Positions 43,027-52,945 of a DNA stretch of 64,000 nucleotides are shown here, piece after piece. The stretch is from Planctomycetota bacterium (lineage in GTDB: Bacteria > Planctomycetota > UBA1135 > UBA2386). Location: contig OZ245006.1 in NCBI GenBank assembly GCA_965223545.1, positions 7,648,001-7,712,000 of the forward strand, read 5' to 3'. Every line of letters begins with the position of its first letter. Position 1 is the stretch's first letter. The notes below the pieces were generated by a model, which worked only from the letters and a program-made list of their open reading frames with translations, had not been told where the DNA came from and made no database searches. The position numbers and the translations under genes were made by a program.

Positions 43027-45774
43027 CTAGAGTAGGTGTGGCAATTCAGTCGTGGTGGCGCTGACCCGCGGGCATTCGAACGCATCGTTCTGATCCCATC
43101 CCCCGAGCGTGAAACGGGCCGCCAGACCCCGAGCCCGTACCTGTTCGAGCCACCGTCCGGCCACCTCCGCGGAAGCTCCGGAGTCGAGCATTGCGTCGTA
43201 GAGCAGGGTGTACTCCTGTGGCAGGCGGGTTGCGAACGTGACGGGATCGTCAGACCCGATGCAAACAGCGATGCGGTGTTCTCCGGACCCGTCTAGCGAG
43301 CAAAGCCGCCACAGTGGGTGGTCTTGAAGGTCGCCCAGATTGTCGATCAGAAGGTTCGACGATGGGTTCACCTCGACCGTGAGCCCGCGACTAGCCACTT
43401 TCCTGCGCAACCCACGCTGGAGCTCTCTGATGATCTTGCCCTCGGGTCGTGTGTCGACCCACTCGGTCTCCTGGCCTCGCGAGTAGATGTCTCTGCTCGT
43501 GAGATAGCCCAAGAGCCAGCTATCGGCGCCTCGTCCCTCGGCCGCGCCATCCGGAAAACCGAGGCTTCGCAGTGTGTCGTCGGAATGCAGATCGCGGTAG
43601 TGGCGCGCTAGAAAGGATGGCCGGAGTTCCTCCGCGAAGACTGCCATCGATAGCCGAGCGATCTCGCGTTCCACGAACGATGCACGATCGGCCTGAGGGA
43701 CGACACTTGTTGCGGCGTACATTTTCCATTCCCACACGAGGTCCCAGAGTCTCTCCTCTCGTGTGACGATTACACCGCCCGCTCGCTCTCCCCAGGATTC
43801 GGCATCCAGACCGAGAGCGAGGCCGTGCCCAATGCGATCCCCTTCTCGCAGGCCTAGGTAGTCAATCGCCTCTTCGAGTCTGCGCAGCCCTCCCAGAAGG
43901 TGTACGTAGTCTTCGCCTGCATGGACGGTCTTGTGGAGGGGACTAGATATGTCACCGAGTTTCGGTGCAAACCGTCGCGCGACCAAATCGCTGGTTGTCT
44001 CCAGGTACCGGAATACTGGAGCGAATACCCAGATCGGAACGGCCAGCTCGTCGCCTGCGATGTCGATGCCCCGGATCACGCGCATAGACAGTGGAAAGTG
44101 CCATAGGACCCAGGCCAGGGACTTTGCATGGGATCGCAGTTGGTTGTAGTAGGCTGCGAACCGATACCCTGTTGCATTGTTGATCGACGACGGGTCTGCT
44201 TCGGAGTCTGCTCCGCTTGCTCGAGGCGTGCCCGTTTCGGCTCCCCCGCCGCGTCGTTTTAGGAAGTGGAAGACCAAACCGAACTCGGTGACTCCAGTCC
44301 GCTTCGCCGCAGATATAGCCTCCCGGACTGTGCTGAGAGTGCTCGACACAGAGTCCTTCGGCGATGTCCGAACTTCCAGTGACCGGAGGCCACCAGGCGG
44401 CCTCAGTCCCTCAGTCGTCTGCAGTCCCTGGTTGTCCGCGCGCGCGGGAGCTTCGCTCATCGTGGTCAGAGCATTCGACTCTGAGTTTGGGTTGCGCGCC
44501 CCGGCGCCCCGGAAACGAGAGCCGTCGGCGAGGCCGCAAACGGAGGCGGCGGCCTCGACTCGGGCACCGATTCCGATATAGCGCTTGCTGGGTGCCAATC
44601 GTCCAAATGCGCGGACGAACCACTGCAGGCCGGGCGTCATCGGACGTAGGACGATGTTCCGATAGAAGATGCTCTGCACCCGGACAAGCTGCCAGAACAA
44701 GCGGCCGAAGGCCGTGTCGTGCTCATTGCGGTGCAGATAGCCCATCGCTGTGTGCAGGAACCGGATGTCGGAGCTCGCTTCGTCTGCAGAGGTTACGGGA
44801 AAAAAGTGGCCAATAGGGTCGCGCGACAACCATTCTTCGAGTGAGTCTGACCGCTCGCGAGGGCGCACTCCGGTAATCGACGAGTACGCGTACCGGAGCT
44901 CCGCGTGCTGAGATGAGTCGGTATCCAGGCTCCCGCGTTGTAGTTCCAGTAGGGCGTCGCGTACGCGGAGCCCGTGCACAGCGTCGAATTCTCGAACGAG
45001 AGCAGGGTTGACGATCTGGGTCAGGTAGTGTGCCATGCCCCTATCTTGCTGCCGGTCAGGTTGGGAGAGGTATGCGGCAAGCAAGTAGCGGGCGAGAGCA
45101 GCACGGAGGAGCCACGCGGAAAGATCTTTACCCTCTCGCATTGCCGCGCCGGGAGCTCGACAAGCGTCTGGTCCCCAGTCCGGATCCGCGATTCCGCACG
45201 TGGCGGCGATCCAGAGGTGACCAAACTCCAGCGCAGCGCCAAGGTGCAGGTGTGTTTCAGCGAAGCCCCTATCCGCAAGCGATCGGAGCACGAGCGGTGA
45301 TACGCTCTGAACCGATGAGGGAGGTGGTGTAACGGGCAGGGCCGCAAGGAGTAGTTCTGGTGGCATTGCGAAGGAGATCCAACGCCATGCGCGCCGCGCC
45401 GCGACCTCGCTGGGGACCGACAACACGCCGGCAAGTCGCTCGTCGACTCCGCTCAAGGCTGGGCGGGCCTTGGCGCCGTCCGGAACTAGGAAGCGCTGCG
45501 ATAGGGTGGAGACGTAGCTGGCCAGAGGGCGCGACGAACGATTAGCGTCAAACCACAGTCGGTCTCGCACTCGCACCATGTCGTCGATGGAATGCGCCGG
45601 CGTTGCGTGAATTAGGTCGCGTTCGGTGGCTCGCCAAAGCGTGCGTGTGGGTCGCGACATTCGTGGGTCGAGTCGTGTTGCGCCGATCGCGAGCGATGCC
45701 TCTGACGCTATGGGGGCAGCTGCGACTTCGGCCAGCACATAGAAGGCCGGAATTCCGGTCTGTCTACTTGTCAT
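43027..45774 (-). CDS. Large adenosine-deaminase-fold protein, RdrB-like
   Basis: ETHLHLGA, GIDIAGDE, TVHAGEDY, DRIGHGLALG, VEVNPSSN, IGSDDP; overlaps the end of the upstream ATPase gene; alternative start at 45786. Confidence 0.85.
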   Translation of the reverse strand: MTSRQTGIPAFYVLAEVAAAPIASEASLAIGATRLDPRMSRPTRTLWRATERDLIHATPAHSIDDMVRVRDRLWFDANRSSRPLASYVSTLSQRFLVPDGAKARPALSGVDERLAGVLSVPSEVAARRAWRWISFAMPPELLLAALPVTPPPSSVQSVSPLVLRSLADRGFAETHLHLGAALEFGHLWIAATCGIADPDWGPDACRAPGAAMREGKDLSAWLLRAALARYLLAAYLSQPDRQQDRGMAHYLTQIVNPALVREFDAVHGLRVRDALLELQRGSLDTDSSQHAELRYAYSSITGVRPRERSDSLEEWLSRDPIGHFFPVTSADEASSDIRFLHTAMGYLHRNEHDTAFGRLFWQLVRVQSIFYRNIVLRPMTPGLQWFVRAFGRLAPSKRYIGIGARVEAAASVCGLADGSRFRGAGARNPNSESNALTTMSEAPARADNQGLQTTEGLRPPGGLRSLEVRTSPKDSVSSTLSTVREAISAAKRTGVTEFGLVFHFLKRRGGGAETGTPRASGADSEADPSSINNATGYRFAAYYNQLRSHAKSLAWVLWHFPLSMRVIRGIDIAGDELAVPIWVFAPVFRYLETTSDLVARRFAPKLGDISSPLHKTVHAGEDYVHLLGGLRRLEEAIDYLGLREGDRIGHGLALGLDAESWGERAGGVIVTREERLWDLVWEWKMYAATSVVPQADRASFVEREIARLSMAVFAEELRPSFLARHYRDLHSDDTLRSLGFPDGAAEGRGADSWLLGYLTSRDIYSRGQETEWVDTRPEGKIIRELQRGLRRKVASRGLTVEVNPSSNLLIDNLGDLQDHPLWRLCSLDGSGEHRIAVCIGSDDPVTFATRLPQEYTLLYDAMLDSGASAEVAGRWLEQVRARGLAARFTLGGWDQNDAFECPRVSATTTELPHLL

Positions 45775-48700
45775 ACCCCAAGTCAACCGTAGGGAGATGC
45801 CCGGTCTGGTGTAGGAGATCGTCTATGTCGTCGTCCGTGAGCATCAGTTTTCCGTCGGCGAGAGTGTGTAGTGGGTGTTCTCTGCGCTTCTCTAGGTCTA
45901 CTCTGAACTGGGTGAGCTGATCGTGTTGGCTTCGTAGGTTCCTGAAGTCAGCTTGGGCCATTTGTTCGGTCAGGTCTTTTTCGATTGTCTTGAGGTCGTC
46001 GTTGATCTTTCTCAATGTCTCTTCCACAGCTTGGTTTGTGCTATTGTGCGGGGGATCGGAGGCTTCCTCTGTGAGGGGCGGTGTCTCTGGCGCAGGAGCA
46101 TCGTTTATGTCCGTGGCGCGAAGCTTGGCGACTTGCGCTTTGAGAAGGCGCGTACTGTTCTCGAGTCGCCTGAGGACTCTGGTGGGAGCAAATAGCCACC
46201 AGGCGAAAAAGCTGTCCGATTCCTTGTTGCTATAGTGATGGCAAAACAGCTTGCAGCATTGGCGGCGTTGGGTGCGTACGGAGTCGAGCAGCGCATCTGT
46301 CCATAAACTGCATAGTGACGGGTTATTCCGTGGTTCGCAGAAAATCTGTGCAACGGTAGGTGATAGTTCTCCTTTGTCGTTGGGCAGATCTAGGCCCCCT
46401 TCCGGCGCCAGGAGGGAAACGAGGCTGACGAGCCAGTCTTCCGCTAGCATTACCCAGCTGGTTTGACCATGAGCTCGGTGTGTCTCAACGGCCTTGGCTA
46501 GCTCTTCTACGCGCGCAGCTAGCTTCTCCCATGGCAATGCGTCGACGTTCGGGTTGCCGGCGCTGTCCAGTGCCTTGAAGCGCTCTGTTCCCGTCAGGAC
46601 AGCTGTAGATGCGGCGATCCAGGTGAAGGCGAGGTATTCGTAACGTTTGCCGCCTGATGCCGGATGCCGGCGCATTTGCTGAACGGCTCGATTCCATACA
46701 TGTCGGAGGTAGTTGAACTGCCAGAAACTTCTCCATCGGGGTGGGTACCACGGAACATCGACTGTGACTTCCGGCTTGAGTCTCCATCGCGTCGTCGCCC
46801 AGACCGAGTCAGGTGTCTCCCTCGGGTGCGAGTTGTCGTAGCCCTCCACGAAGGCCGCCCAGTCCCGCTTTGGGTCCGGGGTCAGGTACGGTCCCGCAAT
46901 GCCTGTTGGGGTTCGGAGGGCGAGTAGATCGTGCAGGATGATGATTGTTGCTGTGGATCGATCTGAGAGGCAGCGCCAAGATTGCTCCATGCCTTGTTGC
47001 TCGGGGTTGGACACTCTGTCGCCGGGACCGAGACGCTCAGGTCGGAAATCCCAGTCCTTAACCTGCCAGGCGAGGAGCGTGTTCTTTCGCTTCTTCTCCT
47101 CTGGGATCTCGAGCTCTCTCCCCTTGCCCCGAAGGGGCTGGAGGCTGTCGGTGTGGAATTCCCATCCTCCGAGGAAATCGCGGCGCACTGCCCGCAGGAG
47201 TCGCCGCTTCTCGGTTGGGTTGAGGTCTCGCTCCTCCTCTATGGCTTCAGCGTAGAAAGTCGCGAATGCGCCAATCGCGGGAATCGTAGCGTCGCGTACG
47301 TTCTCGATTGGCTTCTGAATCGTGTCGAGCTCTCCGAGTAAACCGCGCACGTCGGTTTCAGTGCTTGCGTCCTGGATGTTGTCACGAATGGACGCATACT
47401 CAGATTCTGCCCGCAGGAGCACGTACCAGATGTCGGAAGCGTAGCGTGGAGTTGCGACGAAGAGGGCTGCGCCGCTGTAGATTCCCTGACCCCAGCGCTC
47501 GGCGTGGCTGTCCCGTTCCGGGTCGAAAAACAGGAACTCGCTCATGTTTCTGATCTTTTGACCGCATACACACTGGTACCGCGGCTGGTGGTCCGGCGCG
47601 CGCTTGTCGTCCTCGCCGATGTGGGATTCGGGGGCCGTATTAATGATGACCGGGAGCGCCGTTAGGAGGCCATCAATCGATTTGGAATCTGCGAGGTCGG
47701 GTGGCTTGTAAGCGCGAGCTTCGCCTACGCGCATGGGTTCCAGCCGGATGCGTCGAGACGGCGCAATCAGTTTGCGCATGGTGTAGTGTGCTGTGCCGCC
47801 CAGCAGGCCAGCGAGCTCCTCTCCGTGGACCGCAGATCCGGGTCCAATTTGTCTCGCGATGTCCACAAACTCGCCGGTGAGTTTGAGCTGCATCATTGTC
47901 GTGGCAGTAGAGATGCTGCCTAGGATCACGACCAGCAGCCGCGGGCCGGATAGCAGTCTCAGCATCTGCAAGAGTTCAACCGACCTGGCAGGGTTTGTAT
48001 CGAAATCATCGATAGGTAAGACAAAGATCGGATCCTTGATATCGGGCCACCGATAACCCCTTGCCAGGTTTGCCAGGGTAGATGACAGTCGCTCACCGAA
48101 TTGCAGGCGCGCAACTTCCGCCCGCCGCGTCTCCACTTGATACACATCCGGGTCGAGAGTAGCGGCTCGTTCTCGGAGGTTGCCTTCCCAGGCAATCGCG
48201 ACATCGCGCTGAATTCTGCCCAGGTCAGCGAGAGGGTCTGAGTCCTGTGGGTGGTTGTGGCGAAGGAACCCACGCTGGTCGGGGTCACTGAGCCTCAGTT
48301 GATCGAGTGGTTCCACGCGCCGCTGGATTCGTGCGAGAATTGCAGCCAGGAGGTTGGTGGGGCGTGGCAAGACTTCCATATCGAGCGTCTCGAGCCAGCA
48401 GAGGCGTTCCCGAAGGGTTCCGATGTCGCGCCTGAGTTCGTCATAGAACGCCAAGCCATGACCGTCGCCACGGTCACCGTTGACGTCTTGGAGCTTCTCG
48501 ATCTCTCGGTCCCAATGTTCGGAAGTGCTGGCTGTGCAGCACTGGAGCAGGGACAGCAGGAGCGATGTCTTTCCTGTTCCTCGATCACCGGACACCATGA
48601 CATTGGAGCTACAGCGTCGGGCGTCGAGCTTGATCGGTGCGCCGGGAGCTGGTGTTACGTCCCCATGATCGTCTAGCAGGTCCACAGCGCGAGCCAGGTG

Positions 48701-48808
48701 CTTCACGAGGTCAAAGAAGGCGGTGCGCTGAGCTTGGTCGAAAAGACGCCATCGGAAAGGTCGCGCTTCTGGGTGGGGGAAGAACCGGGTGTCGCGGGTC
48801 TTGGACAT
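45764..48808 (-). CDS. Large N-terminal P-loop ATPase, RdrA-like
   Basis: Walker A SGDRGTGKTS, Walker B VLPIDDFD, LQMLRLL..PRLLVVILG, RKLIAPSRRI; GGAG RBS; 1014 aa uninterrupted. Confidence 0.82.
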   Translation of the reverse strand: MSKTRDTRFFPHPEARPFRWRLFDQAQRTAFFDLVKHLARAVDLLDDHGDVTPAPGAPIKLDARRCSSNVMVSGDRGTGKTSLLLSLLQCCTASTSEHWDREIEKLQDVNGDRGDGHGLAFYDELRRDIGTLRERLCWLETLDMEVLPRPTNLLAAILARIQRRVEPLDQLRLSDPDQRGFLRHNHPQDSDPLADLGRIQRDVAIAWEGNLRERAATLDPDVYQVETRRAEVARLQFGERLSSTLANLARGYRWPDIKDPIFVLPIDDFDTNPARSVELLQMLRLLSGPRLLVVILGSISTATTMMQLKLTGEFVDIARQIGPGSAVHGEELAGLLGGTAHYTMRKLIAPSRRIRLEPMRVGEARAYKPPDLADSKSIDGLLTALPVIINTAPESHIGEDDKRAPDHQPRYQCVCGQKIRNMSEFLFFDPERDSHAERWGQGIYSGAALFVATPRYASDIWYVLLRAESEYASIRDNIQDASTETDVRGLLGELDTIQKPIENVRDATIPAIGAFATFYAEAIEEERDLNPTEKRRLLRAVRRDFLGGWEFHTDSLQPLRGKGRELEIPEEKKRKNTLLAWQVKDWDFRPERLGPGDRVSNPEQQGMEQSWRCLSDRSTATIIILHDLLALRTPTGIAGPYLTPDPKRDWAAFVEGYDNSHPRETPDSVWATTRWRLKPEVTVDVPWYPPRWRSFWQFNYLRHVWNRAVQQMRRHPASGGKRYEYLAFTWIAASTAVLTGTERFKALDSAGNPNVDALPWEKLAARVEELAKAVETHRAHGQTSWVMLAEDWLVSLVSLLAPEGGLDLPNDKGELSPTVAQIFCEPRNNPSLCSLWTDALLDSVRTQRRQCCKLFCHHYSNKESDSFFAWWLFAPTRVLRRLENSTRLLKAQVAKLRATDINDAPAPETPPLTEEASDPPHNSTNQAVEETLRKINDDLKTIEKDLTEQMAQADFRNLRSQHDQLTQFRVDLEKRREHPLHTLADGKLMLTDDDIDDLLHQTGHLPTVDLGYDK

Positions 48809-48883
48809 GGTTGGTCTCCGGCAATCAGTGGATTTCGTCTGCCCTTGCTACCAGTCTACGTGAGTATAGTGGCTCATTTCTAG

Positions 48884-50361
48884 CAGACCGTTGAAAAACT
48901 TCGAGATCGAGCTGCCGTGAACTGATCGACGTACGTAGGGATGACATCCTGATCAGCGGAGGTGGATTCCATGGCACTCGGTAAGCGACGCGCAAAGCAA
49001 CAGGAGCTCTTGGTCGCGACGACGGCCCTGCCGCGATCGCCCGGCCATCCTTTCTACTCGAAGCTGAACGAGCTTCTCGCCGACGCGAAGTTTGACCGTC
49101 ACGTCGAGTCGCTGTGTGAGCCGCACTACAAAGAGGGGGGGCGGCCCTCGATCCGACTGGGCCTCTACTTTCGGATGTTGCTGGTTGGCTACTTCGAGGG
49201 AGTGGATTCGCAGCGCGGAATCGCGTGGCGTTGCAGCGACAGTCGCTCGCTGCAGGACTTTCTCGGACTGCTCCCGACCGAGCGCACCCCGGATCACTCG
49301 AGCCTGACCGTGATCCGCAAGCGGTTGCCGGTGGAGGTACACGAGGAAGTGTTCGCGTTCGTCGTCAAGATCGCGAAGTCCAAGGGCATTGTGAGGGGCA
49401 AGGCGCTGGCCGTGGACACGACCACGCTGGAGGCCAACGCGGCGATGAAGTCGATCGTTCGCAAGGATACCGGCAAGGGTTGGAGCGACTACGTGCGTGA
49501 ACTTGCGAAGGAAGCAGGCATCGAGGGCCCCACGGAGGAGGACCTGCGGCGATTCGATCGCAAGCGCCGCGGGAAGAAGACTTCGAACAAGGACTGGGGG
49601 TCGCCATCTGACCCCGACAGTCGAATCACGAAGATGAAGGACGGACGGACGCACCTCGCGTACAAGGCCCAGCACGCGCTGGACACCGAGTCCGAGATCC
49701 TCGTCGCCGCAACAGTCCACCATGCCGACACTGCTGATAGCGAGGCGCTGAAAGAAGCAGTCGTCGAGGCCGAAGCCGCGCTGGTCAGTGCCGAGCACGA
49801 CACCCCGTACGAAGAGGTCGTCGCCGACAAGGGCTACCACAAGACCGAGACCCTCGCTTGGCTGGACCAGCGCGGTATTCGCTCCTACATCCCGCAGCCG
49901 GGATCACGACGGAACCGCAAGTGGACTGACAAGCCAGCGTCCTGGCAGAAAGCGTATCGAGCCAACCGACGACGAGTTGCAGGCCCGCGGTCGAAGGTGC
50001 TCCAGCGACACCGGAGTGAGCGCGTCGAACGCAGTTTCGCTCATACCTGCGAGTCAGGAGTAGTCCGACGGACATGGCTACGCGGGATCGAGAACATCAA
50101 GAAGCGGTACGTGGTCCATGCCGCAGCAGGCAATCTGGGGACCATCATGCGGAGCTTGTTCGCGGTCGGGACGCCGAAGGCATTGCAGAGGGGGGGCTGC
50201 GGCCTTCTTGAGGTCTGTTTCGAGATCCACGACCCGTTCCGACATCGAATCGACTGCTGGGTCGTCCGGATCGTCGGTTTCGTTCGGCGGATCGGTGATT
50301 CGCGGCCGCACGGCATACGTCTCTTCCCGCGAGACCAGATCTCCCCTTCTTCAACGGCCTG
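48884..50361 (+). mobile_element. IS5/IS1182-like element
   Basis: IRs CAGACCGTTGAAAAA / CAGGCCGTTGAAGAA; CTAG at 48880-48883 and 50362-50365. Confidence 0.85.
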
Positions 50362-50365
50362 CTAG
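48971..50365 (+). CDS. DDE transposase (DUF772, IS5/IS1182-like)
   Basis: GRPSI..YFRMLL, TPDHSSL, VDTTTLEANA, SDPDSRI, VADKGY, VERSFAH. Confidence 0.88.
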   Translation: MALGKRRAKQQELLVATTALPRSPGHPFYSKLNELLADAKFDRHVESLCEPHYKEGGRPSIRLGLYFRMLLVGYFEGVDSQRGIAWRCSDSRSLQDFLGLLPTERTPDHSSLTVIRKRLPVEVHEEVFAFVVKIAKSKGIVRGKALAVDTTTLEANAAMKSIVRKDTGKGWSDYVRELAKEAGIEGPTEEDLRRFDRKRRGKKTSNKDWGSPSDPDSRITKMKDGRTHLAYKAQHALDTESEILVAATVHHADTADSEALKEAVVEAEAALVSAEHDTPYEEVVADKGYHKTETLAWLDQRGIRSYIPQPGSRRNRKWTDKPASWQKAYRANRRRVAGPRSKVLQRHRSERVERSFAHTCESGVVRRTWLRGIENIKKRYVVHAAAGNLGTIMRSLFAVGTPKALQRGGCGLLEVCFEIHDPFRHRIDCWVVRIVGFVRRIGDSRPHGIRLFPRDQISPSSTAC

Positions 50366-50482
50366 CTCGACGAAGCGCGGCAGGTCGCCGCGGTCGGGGT
50401 CCACCTCGACCCGGGCGCGGAAGGTCTCGAGATGCTCCGCCGTGTTGTGACCGAACTGCAGCTTCAAGCCGCTCTGACCGAT

Positions 50483-50519
50483 GTCAAGGATTGCTAATCT
50501 TTGACGGGTGTGCTAGGCT
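50483..50519 (+). promoter_or_regulatory. parD promoter with overlapping operator palindrome
   Basis: TTGCTA-N17-TAGGCT with extended -10 TG; palindrome GTCAAGGATT-GCT-AATCTTTGAC at 50483-50505. Confidence 0.55.
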
Positions 50520-50642
50520 CTACCAATGAACGTCAACCTCACGCCCGAGCTCGACGAGCTCGTGCAGAAGAAGGTCGCCTCCGGCCTCTACAACGTAAGC
50601 GTCCGGTGAAGGCATCTCGAAAGCCGCTGGCGGATCGGCAGG

Positions 50643-50987
50643 ATGCGGCGGATGACGAAGAGAATCCCCGTGTGGGCTCGAGCGGAGATGCGCGAGCTGC
50701 TTCAAGAGCTGGACACCTCAGGCGTGACGGTCGCCGAGTTCGCGCGCCGGCGTGGCGTCAACGCAAACCGCATCTACTGGGCGAGGCGGCAAGCCCGAGC
50801 GGCGGCGGCGCCTACGTCCGCGCCGGCGGTGTCGGACTTCGGGGAGCTGGTGGTCGCCGCAGACCCGTCGCCGGGACGAGCAGCGGCCATTGAGTTGCGG
50901 GTGCCGTCGGGCGCGGTTGTCGATGTGCAGCGCGACTTCGACGAAGCGACGCTCCGACGGCTGCTCGGAGTCCTGCTGCCATGCTGA
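50643..50987 (+). CDS. tnpA: IS66 TnpA-like protein
   Basis: Near-identical to 37029-37373. Confidence 0.8.
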   Translation: MRRMTKRIPVWARAEMRELLQELDTSGVTVAEFARRRGVNANRIYWARRQARAAAAPTSAPAVSDFGELVVAADPSPGRAAAIELRVPSGAVVDVQRDFDEATLRRLLGVLLPC

Positions 50988-51361
50988 GCTTTCCGCCCTC
51001 GCCGCAAGTCAAGATCTTCGTTTGCCGGAAGCCGGTGGACATGAGGAAGAGCTTCAGCGGTCTGTCGGGTGCGGTCATCGACGTGGTCGACCACGACCCG
51101 CAATCTGGTCACCTCTTCCTCTTCTTCAACAAGCGCCGGACCATGATGAAGGCACTGGTGTGGGAGCCGTCCGGTTACTGGGTGCTGGCGAAGCGACTGA
51201 CGAGCGGCCGCTTTCAGGTCTTCGATCGCTCGGCGGAGAACAGCAGCCGATTCGAGATTGCGAGTAGCGATCTCGCGCTCTTGTTGGACGGCATCGACCT
51301 CCGTGGCGCGCGACGCAGAGAAGTTCGCGATCAGGTGCTGCAACGACTGGCCGCGACTTGA
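50981..51361 (+). CDS. tnpB: IS66 TnpB
   Basis: Identical translation to 37367-37747. Confidence 0.92.
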   Translation: MLSFPPSPQVKIFVCRKPVDMRKSFSGLSGAVIDVVDHDPQSGHLFLFFNKRRTMMKALVWEPSGYWVLAKRLTSGRFQVFDRSAENSSRFEIASSDLALLLDGIDLRGARRREVRDQVLQRLAAT

Positions 51362-51391
51362 TCCGTCTCCGGTTTGTGTTAATCAGAGGGA

Positions 51392-52945
51392 GTGACGCCG
51401 CTCACGGACCTCGACGAAGCCAACTCGACGATCGTCAAGCTGCGCGCCGAGATCGAGCGCCTTCGCGGGCAGCTCGAACTGATGAAGCAGCGCACGTTCG
51501 GACGGCGCCGCGAGCACATCAATCCGAACCAACTGCTGCTGTTCGAGGCCGGCGTCGCGCAGCTCGAAGAGCTGCGGAAGCAGGCGCAGGAAGCGGAGCA
51601 GTCGAGCGAACTCGCGAAGCCTGACCCGAAGAAGAAGCGGAAGCACGGTCACGGTCGCGGTCAGTTCGCCGAGCACCTGGATCGGCATGTCGTCGAGGTC
51701 GACGTGCCGGAAGCGGAGCGCTGCTGCCCCGAGTGCGGCGAGGCCATGCACTGCATCGGGACTGACGTCACCGAGCGTGGCCACATCATCCCAGCGCGGT
51801 TGGTCGTGAAGCGCTACGTGCGCAACAAGTACGCGTGCCCGCACGGGCACAGGATGAAGATGGCGTCGATGCCTGCCGGCGTCGTCGAGAAGGCGAAGTA
51901 CGAGCCCTCCGTCTACGCGCATCTCGTCACAGCAAAGTACGGCGACCACCTGCCGCTGAACCGCCTGCAGGGGATCTTCCGCCGCTTCGGGGCGCACGTC
52001 CCGAAGCAGACCATGTGGGACATGCTGGCGCGCTTCGACGAGATCGCGGCGCGTCCGATCCTGGCCGAGATGCGGCGCCAGCTGCTTCAAGAAGATGTTC
52101 TTCAAGCCGACGAGACCCCGATCAGGGTGCGACTGGAAGGCCAGAAGGGCACCCGGCGCGGTGTGCTCTGGGCCTGGCGGAGCGCTCGCGGCAGCCCCAA
52201 CGAGATGGTCGTGGCCGACTTCAGGGACAATCGATCCGCGAAGGGGCCCAACGCTTTTCTCGGCGCGTGGTCCGGGACCTTGTTGACCGATGGCTACGAC
52301 GGTGTGAACCCGAAAGCGCAGCAGAACGCGATCACGCGGGCTGGGTGCTGGGCGCACGCCCGTCGGAAGTTTCGGGATGCGCTCACTGCTGGTGCATCAC
52401 GGGCTGGTTTGGCGCTGCGACCGATCCAGAGGCTTTTCTGGATCGAGCGCGCCGTACTGTCCCGAGCGAAGGACCGGAACCTGACCCGTGAAGCCCTCAT
52501 CGAACTGCGTGAGACCGTTCGTAGCCGCAGATCCAAAGCGGTGCTCCACGGCCTCTACGAGATCGTGTTCGGCCTCCAAGAGGACCCGGCGACCGCGGGC
52601 AACGAGCTGCTTCGCAAGGCGGTGAGCTACGCCATCCGGCAGCGGAACCCGTTGCTCGCGCACCTCGACGACGGCCGGCTGCCGATCCACAACAACGACA
52701 CCGAGCGTGACCTGCGCCACGTCGTGACCGGCCGGAAGAACTGGATGACGCTCGCCAGCGAGAAGGGTGGCAACGTGGCAGCTCGCCTCTACTCGATCGT
52801 GCTCAGCTGCAAGCTGGCGAAGGTCAACGTCGAGCGCTACCTCGAGGACGTCCTGGTCGCCGTCGCCACCACGCCGTCGTCGCGCATCGCCGAACTCACG
52901 CCCTGGGGATGGGCGAAGGCACGCGCTGCCGGCCAGTCCTGCTGA
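51392..52945 (+). CDS. tnpC: IS66 transposase TnpC
   Basis: Near-identical to 37778-39331. Confidence 0.94.
   Translation: MTPLTDLDEANSTIVKLRAEIERLRGQLELMKQRTFGRRREHINPNQLLLFEAGVAQLEELRKQAQEAEQSSELAKPDPKKKRKHGHGRGQFAEHLDRHVVEVDVPEAERCCPECGEAMHCIGTDVTERGHIIPARLVVKRYVRNKYACPHGHRMKMASMPAGVVEKAKYEPSVYAHLVTAKYGDHLPLNRLQGIFRRFGAHVPKQTMWDMLARFDEIAARPILAEMRRQLLQEDVLQADETPIRVRLEGQKGTRRGVLWAWRSARGSPNEMVVADFRDNRSAKGPNAFLGAWSGTLLTDGYDGVNPKAQQNAITRAGCWAHARRKFRDALTAGASRAGLALRPIQRLFWIERAVLSRAKDRNLTREALIELRETVRSRRSKAVLHGLYEIVFGLQEDPATAGNELLRKAVSYAIRQRNPLLAHLDDGRLPIHNNDTERDLRHVVTGRKNWMTLASEKGGNVAARLYSIVLSCKLAKVNVERYLEDVLVAVATTPSSRIAELTPWGWAKARAAGQSC

Noticed and set aside
50366..50480. Possible gene remnant on the minus strand
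   Set aside because: Under 40 codons with no recognisable motif
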